The translations under genes were made by a program, and so were the position numbers. A DNA stretch of 64,000 nt from Trueperaceae bacterium. GTDB lineage: Bacteria > Deinococcota > Deinococci > Deinococcales > Trueperaceae. Under the pieces are notes generated by a model, which was not told where the DNA came from, did not search any database, and worked only from the letters and a program-made list of their open reading frames with translations. The stretch covers positions 24,312 to 88,311 of the forward strand of contig JAXHLW010000011.1 of the NCBI GenBank assembly GCA_034521815.1. The letters run 5' to 3'. This document shows positions 30,124 to 38,966 of the stretch, piece after piece; position 1 is the stretch's first letter, and each line of letters opens with the position of its first letter.

Positions 30124-33100
30124 TCATGCCACCTTCAGGGGAAGCGGTACGCGTCTCGCGAGGAGCCACGCGAAGTCCTCCTCGCTGAGGGGGACGCTGA
30201 AATAGTACCCCTGACCCATCGAGCAGCCCAGCGCGAGAAGCGCGTCGCGCTGTTCTGGACGCTCGATCCCTTCGGCGATCACCGTGGCGCCGATGGACGA
30301 GGCGATCTTCAGGACGGACGCGGCGATGTCGCGGCTGTACGGGTCGTCCGGCAGGCCGTGCACGAACGCGCGATCGATCTTGATGTCGTCGAACGGATAG
30401 TCCTTGAGGTACGCCAGCGACGAGTAGCCGGTGCCGAAGTCGTCGAGAGACAGCTTCACGCCCAGCGCGTGAAGCGCGTCGAGCTGGTCGCGTAGACGGG
30501 CCCGTTCGTCGGCGAAGACGCTTTCGGTGAGCTCGAGCGTGAGGCTGCTGGGCGGCACGCGGTGGCGCGCCAGGATCTCTTCGACGTCCATCAGGAACTC
30601 GCGGTCGGCCAGCTGCTCGACACTGACGTTCACGGCGATCTGGACGATGTCCAGACCGTCGTCCTGCCATGCACGAAGCGTCTTGCAGGCGCGATCGAGG
30701 ACCCAGCGTCCGATCGGCACGATCAGATGGCTCGTCTCCGCGACGGGGATGAACGCTCCGGGCGAGAGGAATCCCCGAGCTGGATGGTTCCAGCGGATCA
30801 GGGCCTCGCCCGCGACGAGGCGACCGCTGGCCAGCTGGACCTTGGGCTGGAAGTGGAGCTCGAACTCGTCGTTCTTGAGCGCTTCGCGAAGCTCGTTGGC
30901 GAGCTCGACGCGACCTCGTGCCGCCCGGTCCAGATCGGACGTGTAGGCCTGACCGTTCGTAGGCGACCCGAAGCGACTGGCGTGCAGGGCCACCTCGGCT
31001 TCGCGTAGCAGCCCACCTGGAGGCCGAGGCTCGGCCCCGAGGCGGGTGTAGCCGTAGTGGGCGCTGACGTCGAGCTCGAACCCGTCGATCACGAACGGCT
31101 CGTCGAACGAGCCGTCCCGGTTTCCGAACAGCTCGACGCTCAGCGACGCCTCAGGTGCGAGGTCCGGGAGGAGCACGGCGAACGCGTCGCCGCCGGTCCG
31201 CGCGACCAGCCCGTCCGGACCGGCCGTGGCCGCCAGCCGATCACCGATCGCCCTCAGCAGGGCGTCGCCGATCGCGAAGCCTTGGGATTCGTTCACGTTG
31301 CGCAGCTCGACGAGGTCCAGCGCGACCAGGACGGCTCGCTCGGGCCACGGGACGCTGGTCCAGGTAGCTGGTCAGCTCGCGAGCGAGCCCGTCGCGCGTC
31401 AGGTAGCCCGTGAGAGGATCCTCGAACGCGATTCGTTCCAGAGCCGCTTCGGCACGCTTGGCTTCGGTGACGTCGATGTGCATGACGACCGCGCCCTCGA
31501 GCTCGGCATCGGTCCGAAGCGGCGTGGCCGCCAGACGGAACCACCGCTCCTCGCTGGGCGAATGGCACGGGTACTCGTACACGAACGACGACCGCTGGTC
31601 CGCGAGGACGGCGCGCAGCCCGGCCGCCACCTGAGCGCCAGAGCCTGCGTCCTTGCCGCGGGCCGCGTCGCATACCTGCAGGTAGCTGACGCCGACCTGA
31701 TCGTCGTCGGCATCGTTGTCATCCGCGAACGTCCGCCAGCGGTCGTTCACGCTGGTGATCACACCCGACGCGTCCAGGACAGCGATGTTGGCGGGAAGCG
31801 AGTCGATGAGAGCCTTCCTGGTCGTGAGCTCATTGGCGAGGTGGGCCTCCTGGCTCCGCAGCCGCTCCACCATGTCCCGGCGTACGGTCACGTCCCGCAG
31901 CCCGACGGCGAGGCCCTCCCCGGTCGGATCCACCCAGATCTCGAGCCAGCGGCCGGTCGTCGGATCGAAATCGTCGAAACGTGTCGAGACGCCGTCGTCC
32001 ATGGCGCGCCTGATCTCGTCGCCGATACGGCTTTTCATCACGCCCGGCAACACGTCGTCGAGCAGCCTGCCGGCGACGGCCGTGTCGTGCCAGAGCTCGG
32101 CGATGCGGATCGCCGCGCTGTTGGCGAAGGTGATCCGCAAGGCGTCGTCGATGAGGACGAAGCCGTCGTTGAGCCGCTCCAGCGTGGCGCGCAGGCGGTG
32201 GTCGAGCTGGTGCGCCCGAAGCTCCGCCCGCTTGCGGGCGTCGACGTCCTGGAACGCTCCCTGCACGCCGGTGATCCGGCCGGAGGCGTCGCGCACCGGC
32301 TCGCCCGTCGTTCGGACCCAGATCCGCCGGCCGGTCGCGGTGACGATCTGCAGCTCTTCGTCGTACGGCACGCCGTCGCGCACGGCGCGCTCGTACGCGG
32401 CCCGAATCCGGTCGCGATGCTCGGGCGCGTAGAACACGATCGCTTCAGCGACCGTCGGCCGCGTGCCGAGCGGCACCTCGTGAATCTCGCAGACCCGGTC
32501 CGACCAGGTCAGCGCCTGCGTCCGGGCGTCCACGTGCCACCCGCCGAAACGTGCGATGCGGCTCGCGATCTCCATGACGCGGCGCTGCTCGTCCAGCGCC
32601 GCCTGGGCCTCGACACGCTCCGTGACGTCCTGGATGACCCCCGCGACGTACATCGGGCGGCCTTCCTCGTCACGCTCGACGTCACCACCGATGTGGACGT
32701 GACGATCCTCGCCCTGCCCGGACCGCATCCGGAACGTGTCGTACGTCGGCCCTCGTCCGCCTGTCACGGTGGCATGCAGCGCCTGATATCGATCCGCGTC
32801 GTCGGGATGGATCATCTCCCGAACCTGGTCCACCGTGGGCGGCGCGGCGTCGGGAGCGAGGCCCAGAATCCGGAGCACCTCGGCAGACACCTCGAGCTGG
32901 CCCGAGTCGACCGTTCGGCGCCACGAGCCGATGCGGCCGATCCGCTGCGACTCGAGCAGCATCGCGGCGTGCCCCTGGAGCTCCTGCTGCCGGTCGTGCA
33001 GCTCCTGTTCGGCCGCGTCGCGCCGATCGAGCATCGCGTTCAGGGCGGCGCCCAGCCGCGCCATCTCGTCGCGGCCCAGCACGTTCGCCCTGGCGGAGGC

Positions 33101-33760
33101 GTCGCCGAGGCCCACCCGGTCCATCACGCGGACCAGCTGCGCCGTGGGTCGCCCGAGGCGCCGATACAGGAACCACGACGCCGCCAGGCTCAGGAACGCG
33201 AACAGCACCGCGAAGCCTCCGAGCGCACGCGATACCCTCGCTACGGTCGCGTCGGCCTCGAGGTGCCGTTCACGGACCAGCTCGGCCACGACGTTCTCGA
33301 TCGTCACGCCGAACGCGGCCATGCGCGTCAATGTGGCGGCCGCCGGCTCCGTCACGCCGAGCACGCCTTGCGTCGGACCGAGGAGCGTGGAACCATTCGC
33401 GCGAGGACGATCGAACGCGTCGGCGGCCAGCTCCGCCATCTCGTCGAGGGCCGCGACCGCTCGCTGGGCCGCAGGCAACGCGTCCTCCATCTCGGTCAGC
33501 TCGGACCGGACCCGCCTGAGCCGGGTCAGGAACGCCGGCAACGACGCCTCGTCGACGGCGTCGACCAGGAGCGCGTCGGCGGCCACCGAAAGCTCCGCGA
33601 CGCGCACCTGCAACCCCGTGAGCGTCTCGACCTGAGCTATGTGGTCGCGCGACTGCTGCGACGCCCAGAGGGCGAGCACGATCAGCGCGACGCAGCCGAC
33701 GAAGCTCAGAGCCGTCACGATCCGGGCGACCGCGACCATGCTGACGGGACGGGCGTTCAC
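30124..33760 (-). pseudogene. Large sensor protein, TM-HAMP-PAS x4-GGDEF(degenerate)-EAL (about 1211 aa), with one frame break near 31350-31375
   Basis: ORF 31241..33760(-) ends in ..IAFEDPLTGYLTRDGLARELTSYLDQ. ORF 30124..31296(-) plus its upstream in-frame text (..PWPERAVLVALDLVELRNVNESQGFAIGD..) continues the GGDEF domain one base out of phase; total length is 3n+1. The A-site reads TGGDAFAVLL (GGDAF). EAL signatures are intact (EALIRW, DDFGTGYSSLAYL, KIDRAF, EGIERPEQ, QGYYFS). Start is GTG 33760 or ATG 33739. Confidence 0.85.
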
Positions 33761-34053
33761 GCGGATCCCGTCACGGGCGTCGTCGTCGACGTCGTCGTCG
33801 GCTTCGTCACGGCCCGCTGGTCCGGTGTCCTGGCCTGCCCGGCGACGCTCACCCCGCCCGTGACGCGTCCGATGACGCGTCGCACGGTGGCGCGGGTGAA
33901 CGCTGACTCGTTGCCATGGTGGACGGACGATATGTCATTCGATGGCACGGAGTCCTTACAAGCGACGCATCTGCTCACGACGCCAGCCTCCGTCCGCTTC
34001 AGGTGGTCCGGTCCACCGCACAGTGCTTTGGCACGTGCTCCACGATTGCGCAT
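33757..34053 (-). CDS. Hypothetical small protein (98 aa) overlapping the sensor start (GTGA)
   Basis: Internal ATG 34053 of ORF 33757..34179(-). MRNRGARAKALCGGPDHLKRTEAGVVSRCVACKD..; the C-terminal half has high third-position G/C and a Thr-rich tail. The 5' part is locally AT-richer. No family recognised. Confidence 0.25.
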   Translation of the reverse strand: MRNRGARAKALCGGPDHLKRTEAGVVSRCVACKDSVPSNDISSVHHGNESAFTRATVRRVIGRVTGGVSVAGQARTPDQRAVTKPTTTSTTTPVTGSA

Positions 34054-34142
34054 CCCCCGCCCGACACGAGCAACGTAGCAACCCGCGGCACCGCCGGGCG
34101 TGGACATGACCACATCGCGACGCCGCCCACGCCGGCATGCGA

Positions 34143-34175
34143 GCACCCCTGCGGGTGTCGTCGCCGCAGGGGTGC
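34143..34175 (-). terminator. GC-rich stem-loop (12-bp perfect stem, 9-nt loop) about 100 nt downstream of the lipoprotein gene
   Basis: gcacccctgcgg-gtgtcgtcg-ccgcaggggtgc. No U-tract. Confidence 0.5.
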
Positions 34176-34270
34176 CCATCGCCTCGCTCAGGCCGCTCGC
34201 TCAGGCCGCGCGCTCATGCATCGAGCGCCCACACGTGTGCAGCACGTACGGACGTTCGACGCGCCGAGGA

Positions 34271-35008
34271 TCAGCCGCCCAGCTTGATCGTGCTTCCCTT
34301 CGACGTCAGCGTGAAGTCGACCGTGTAGCCCCCGATGGTCGTCTCCGACTCGATTTCGATCGCGACGCGGAAGGTGCCACGGTTGGGCGTCTCGGTGTCG
34401 CGAAGCATGAGGATCGACACGAGGCGTTCCAGGTCGTCACGATCGGTCAGCTCCACGTCCAAGACGTCCTCCAGCGGGGCCGATCCGACGTACGCGTAGG
34501 TGCACGCGAATGCACCGCACGTTTCCAGCTCGAACGGCAGGTCCAGATCGACGTCCGTCGTGAACGACACGTCGCCGTTCACGTCGTCCTGCAACGTGCC
34601 TTCCACCACGGCGCGCGTGACGGTGAACCCAGCCGGGGAGTCGGTGGCCAAGGTGCCGGTCGGGACGCTCAGCGTCACCGATTCCTGGAGCCCGGCGTTG
34701 GTGTGGAAACCGGCGAGACTGAAGCCGCGCAGGTTCTCGTCCAAGTCGGGAACGTCGAAGCTGCGGGTCACGTCGAGATGGCTGGTGCTCTGCGCCGAGA
34801 GCCCGCCATCGTCCAGCGTGGCGGTGACCGCCTGGCCGTCGACGCCCAGCGGATCGCCGACCTCCAACGGTGGCACGAACGCGGCCACCAGGCCGCAGGC
34901 GCTGAGCAGCGTCGCAGCGGCGGTGATGCCGATCGCGACCGCGAGCCTTCGCGGACGGTGTTCACGGGTCGTGGATCGTGGTGCGGGTCGTAGTGTCGAA
35001 CGGATCAT
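34271..35008 (-). CDS. Hypothetical lipoprotein (245 aa)
   Basis: ORF 34271..35125(-). Start at internal ATG 35008 with GAGGAGG upstream. MIRSTLRPAPRSTTREHRPRRLAVAIGITAAATLLSACG (lipobox), then an acidic beta-rich body (..DVNGDVSFTTDVDLDLPFELETCGAFACTYAYVG..). No family recognised. Confidence 0.75.
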   Translation of the reverse strand: MIRSTLRPAPRSTTREHRPRRLAVAIGITAAATLLSACGLVAAFVPPLEVGDPLGVDGQAVTATLDDGGLSAQSTSHLDVTRSFDVPDLDENLRGFSLAGFHTNAGLQESVTLSVPTGTLATDSPAGFTVTRAVVEGTLQDDVNGDVSFTTDVDLDLPFELETCGAFACTYAYVGSAPLEDVLDVELTDRDDLERLVSILMLRDTETPNRGTFRVAIEIESETTIGGYTVDFTLTSKGSTIKLGG

Positions 35009-35011
35009 GGT

Positions 35012-35048
35012 GCCTCCTCGGTGGGATGGACATCTCCACCGAGGAGGC
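35012..35048 (-). promoter_or_regulatory. 13-bp hairpin that pairs the lipoprotein Shine-Dalgarno (GGAGG) with an upstream CCUCC anti-SD
   Basis: mRNA sense: G-CCUCCUCGGUGG-AGAUGUCCAUC-CCACCGAGGAGG-C, then ACC-AUG. Arms are 35013-35024 and 35036-35047, perfect complements, with an extra G:C pair from 35012/35048. Confidence 0.55.
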
Positions 35049-35247
35049 CCGTCGCTGGCCGTATCGGCTCGGAACGGGTTCTCTCCTGCGATGGCCGGTT
35101 GCGCTACTGGCTCCGCCTGCTCCAAGCGCCCAAGTACGGAACAGGCTTCATCGCCGCCATCGAACGACGTCCTGTGAAGCTACGCGGCCGTGCTGCTACG
35201 CAGCGCAGGGACGCGTCCACGCTACGCGCAGGGATCGCACGGGCTTC

Positions 35248-35402
35248 TTACATCGGCGCGTGGCCGGCATCGACGCGCTCCCCGTAGTCGCCGGGGCGCA
35301 CGACGCTGGCTTCGAACAGGCGCCTGACATGATCGATCATGACGCGCGATCCGGGTTGGCGTCGGCGCCGACGACGAGCTGCAATGTGGTGACGTCCTTC
35401 AT
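35248..35402 (-). CDS. Two tiny overlapping ORFs (21 + 30 codons, ATGA junction), possibly one ~52-aa gene split by an indel
   Basis: My translation: MKDVTTLQLVVGADANPDRAS* and MIDHVRRLFEASVVRPGDYGERVDAGHAPM*. Both have high third-position G/C. No family recognised. Confidence 0.2.
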
Positions 35403-35649
35403 GGACGGTCCTGTCCATCGTCGCGCGAATCGAGCAAAAACTCAGCTTTTCCGGGTCGCTCGGCTTCCGGGTCGAGGGCGGTCACCTGCCGGTCTTCGCG
35501 AACCGACGACGGCAGCCTCCGAATCGAGTGCCGTTCGCCCCCCTGGAGCGACGTCGAAAGTGTGCCACGTCACGCTCACGTGACTCTTCGTGGTCGAGCC
35601 GGCCGACGAGGACGTGCCACGCGTCGGTCGTTGCCGCGAGTGGTCTTCG

Positions 35650-36779
35650 CTACTCCCCGCGCGGGCCTGTCGCGCCGTCAGGCATGCGGTCAGGCACGCC
35701 GTCGGCCACGACCTGGTTCCGACCACGGTCCTTCGCCGCGTACACGGACAGGTCGCCAGGCGAATCCGGCTGATCGCCGACTCGGTCGGGCGCAGCTCGG
35801 CCACGCCGAAGCTGGCGGTCACGCTCTCCTTGCCGGGGAGACGCAGGTCGAGCTCTGCGATCGCCTGGCGGCAGACGCTCCGCCGTTCAGGGTCCGCGTC
35901 CGCCGGGGACATCCCTCCTCCCGGGAGGACGACGACGAACTCCTCCCCGCCCCAACGGGCCACGGTGTCGTGGCCACGCACCGTCCGCTGCGCGACGTTC
36001 GCGATCGCCTTCAGGACGCGATCGCCGACGCTCGTGACCGTAGCGGTCGTTGACCTGCTTGAAGCGGTCGAGATCGAACCACGCCACCGACATGGGGTGC
36101 TCGTAGCGGCGAGCGCGCTCGACCTCCTGCTGCAGCCGCTCCTCGGCGCCCCTCCGGTTCATCAGGTCCGTCAGCGCGTCGCTGGTCGCCAGCGACGCCA
36201 TCGTCGAGGCCCGTTCCCGCTCCGCGCTCGTGACGCGTACGATTCCGCCGATCAGCACCAACACGCTCGCTTGCACCAGCACCACCTCGATCAACGTCGT
36301 CTGGGTGCCGAGCGTCGAGAATCCGTCGATCGCGAGCAGGGCGACGGAGGCGACGACGAGCGCCGCCCAGGCACCCCACGCCACGAGCCCTGCCGCGCGT
36401 GCCGACAGCGCCAGATGCGCGAAGCCCGCGATGGCCGCGGTCCACATCGCGATTCGGACCGCGCCGTCGACGTCGCCTTCGCCTTGGCCCAGGCTCGCCG
36501 CCACGACCGCGGCCAGCGCCACCACGAAGGCGACGACGGCGGCCGCGACCAGCGATCGCTCGAACGCCCGGGGCACGCTTCGACGCACCGCCATGACGCC
36601 CGCGGACGCCGAAGGAGCACCACGCCGACGATCACCGCGACCAGCCAGTTCGCGGTGGACCGGGAGTCGTCGAACGACCCCGCGATTCCCACCAGGAGCG
36701 CCGCGACGCCCCCGACCGGTAGGACCACGAGGTAGATGCTCCGTTTGAGGACCGCAGTGCGAGACGGTTGCGACGGCAT
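35650..36779 (-). pseudogene. Membrane-anchored GGDEF diguanylate cyclase (about 376 aa) with three frame breaks (about 36615, 36040, 35745)
   Basis: N-terminus MPSQPSRTAVLKRSIYLVVLPVGGVAALLVGIAG..WLVAVIVGVVLL (ORF 36291-36779). Then TM helices and ..SDALTDLMNRRGAEERL..FDLDRFKQVNDRYGH (ORF 35887-36798). Then ..VGDRVLKAIANVAQRTVRGHDTVARWGGEEFVVVL..ASFGVAEL (ORF 35442-35981). Then ..LSVYAAKDRGRNQVVADG.. to TAG 35650-35652 (my translation). Confidence 0.8.
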
Positions 36780-36963
36780 GACGCGCCAAAGGTAGCACGG
36801 GCGCTCCTCGCGCGAAGGGGCGTCACGCTGGGGTGGCGCCTGCTGCCGCCGTCCTGTCTTCTGTGACGCCTTTACGGCGCCTTTACGCGGGCTTCACGCT
36901 TCGCCGCTATGCTGGTGGCGACGTCCGGCGCCGATCCGGCCCGGGACGCGAAGGAGAGCTTGC

Positions 36964-37602
36964 GTGCGCCACGTCCTCATCTGCGACGCCGAACCGATGT
37001 TCCGCTACGGACTCGCCCACCAGCTGGCGCGCCGTGGCTGGACGGCGAGCGTCGCCGAGGCCGGCACGGTGGCCGAGGGGATCGCGTCCGCCCGCGAAGC
37101 TCCGCCTGCCGTGATCGTGGCTGACGCGGTTCTGCCCGATGGCCCCATCGACGATCTGCTGGCGGACCCGTCCGTGCGCAGCGCTGGGCCCCGTGTGATC
37201 GTGGTTCCGTCCGACGCGGACAGCGCCCCGCCCCGCGGCGAGCCGGTTCACGCCGTCCTTCCACGCCACACCGGCGTCGAGCGGCTCATCCGCGCCATGG
37301 GACCGGAACAGGAGGACGGACCTTGCCTGCCCGAACGCCAGCGACAGGTCCTGGCCCTCGTCTGCCGCGGCTGGTCGAACCGTTCGATCGCCGAGGAGCT
37401 GGGCATCCGCGAGAAGTCCGTTCGCAACTGTCTCACGCGGGCCTTCCGCAGCCTCTCCGTCCAGAACCGCACGCAGGCAGCGATGCACGTCCTGAACAGC
37501 GGCCTTCGGCCCGTCGCACCCCCCGCCGCGTCACCCGCCGCGCCACCTTCGGGCGGCGATGGCCGCACGCATCACGCACGGCCCATCCGCTCGATCCGGT
37601 AG
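36964..37602 (+). CDS. LuxR/NarL-type response regulator (receiver + HTH, 212 aa)
   Basis: GTG start. Receiver text VLICDAEP..VIVADAVLPDG. LuxR HTH LPERQRQVLALVCRGWSNRSIAEELGIREKSVRNCLTRAFRSLSVQNRTQAA. The Pro/Ala-rich 30-residue tail after the HTH may be an artefactual extension. Confidence 0.8.
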   Translation: MRHVLICDAEPMFRYGLAHQLARRGWTASVAEAGTVAEGIASAREAPPAVIVADAVLPDGPIDDLLADPSVRSAGPRVIVVPSDADSAPPRGEPVHAVLPRHTGVERLIRAMGPEQEDGPCLPERQRQVLALVCRGWSNRSIAEELGIREKSVRNCLTRAFRSLSVQNRTQAAMHVLNSGLRPVAPPAASPAAPPSGGDGRTHHARPIRSIR

Positions 37603-38773
37603 TCGACGCAGGCTTCGCCTCGCCGGTCGGCGCGTGCGTCCTCAGCGCAACGACGACGTCGACGAAGGCGTCGATCAGCTCCGGATCGAACTGCTCGCCC
37701 GCTTGCGCCACGAGCTCGGCGACGGTCTCGTCGTGCGTCCAGGCTCCCTTGTACGGTCGTTCGCTGGTGAGCGCGTCGTAGACGTCGACGAGGCTGAACA
37801 TGCGCGCCAGCAGCGGAATCTCGGAGCCGGCTAGCCGGTCGGGGTAGCCGTGGCCGTCCCAGCGCTCATGGTGACTACGGACCACCTCCCTGGTACCGGG
37901 CGAGAGGAACGGAATGTCGCGGCACATCTCGATCCCGATGACGGTGTGCCGGCGGATGTGCTCGAACTCGTCGTCCGTGAGCCGGCCCGGCTTCAGCAGG
38001 ATCCCGTCGGGGATGGCGACCTTGCCGAGGTCGTGCAGGTACGCGCCCCAACGGAGCGCCTGCAACGTCGGCTCGTCCATCCCGAGCTTCTCGCCGAACG
38101 CGACCGCCAGCGCGACGACGCGGTCGGTGTGCCCCTTCGTCTCGTAGTCGCGGTACTCCAGGGCGACGCCCAGCGCCCGGAGGGTGGCTTCGTGCTGAGC
38201 TCGCTCCCGCTCGAGCAGGTCGAGATTGCGCACGGCGATGGCGGCCAGCGTCGCCGTCATCATCAGGCCCGGCGTGTGCTGGTCGCGAAAGGCCGCGAGC
38301 TCGGGGCTCTGCACCTCGATCGCGCCGAAGACGCGTCCTTCGAGGCCGAACGGCACGGTCAGGCTGGAGCGTGGCGGGTTCTCTTCGAAATCGCTGCCGG
38401 TGTCGACGCGCGGCAGGCCTGCCGTGGCGACGGCCAGGTCGGGCGTGTTCACCACCTCGCCGCTGCGAATGGCGCGGCTCTGCGGACCCTGGTTGAGCGG
38501 GAGGTCGGGGAACTTGGTGAGATCGACGTTCTCCTCCAAGATCAGGTCGCCAGCGGCGTCGACCACGATGTCGGCCGAGTAGACGCAGCGGCGCATGCCG
38601 GTACCGGGTAGGTAGAGGACGACGAAGATCCCCGTGGCGGGCGAGGTACGAGCAGCGAAGCGCGTCAGGGCGCGGAACACCTCGCGCATCGAGCGCGCAG
38701 CGGCGATTCCCTGCGCGACCGTCGCGACCGGCTCCAGGTCGTTGCTCGGGAGGGGGATGGGCTCGTAGTCCAT
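37433..38773 (-). CDS. GAF-domain HD-GYP c-di-GMP phosphodiesterase (3' end uncertain)
   Basis: ORF 37433..38872(-), start at internal ATG 38773 (MDYEPIPLPSNDLE..). GAF-like half, then ETKGHTDRV..AYLHDLGKVAIPD..HHERWDGHGYPDRL..DVYDALTSERPYK. The Arg/Gly-rich last ~60 codons overlap the convergent LuxR gene. A neighbouring frame would end the protein at about 37572 (..VDYRIERMGRA*). Confidence 0.82.
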   Translation of the reverse strand: MDYEPIPLPSNDLEPVATVAQGIAAARSMREVFRALTRFAARTSPATGIFVVLYLPGTGMRRCVYSADIVVDAAGDLILEENVDLTKFPDLPLNQGPQSRAIRSGEVVNTPDLAVATAGLPRVDTGSDFEENPPRSSLTVPFGLEGRVFGAIEVQSPELAAFRDQHTPGLMMTATLAAIAVRNLDLLERERAQHEATLRALGVALEYRDYETKGHTDRVVALAVAFGEKLGMDEPTLQALRWGAYLHDLGKVAIPDGILLKPGRLTDDEFEHIRRHTVIGIEMCRDIPFLSPGTREVVRSHHERWDGHGYPDRLAGSEIPLLARMFSLVDVYDALTSERPYKGAWTHDETVAELVAQAGEQFDPELIDAFVDVVVALRTHAPTGEAKPASTTGSSGWAVRDACGHRRPKVARRVTRRGVRRAEGRCSGRASLPACGSGRRGCGRPA

Positions 38774-38966
38774 GTCGATTCTCGTAGTGTCCCACGCTCG
38801 GCCCACGCGAGGTTCGGCATCTGCGGGGATCGCCACCGTGCCTTGCAGCGCCGACCCGAAGCACCCGCGCATCGCGCGCCGGTAGCTTGTGCGACACGGG
38901 TGGTACGCTCACCGCCAACGAACCACGAACCACGAACGCAGCGCATTCGACCACCGGGGGTTGAAC

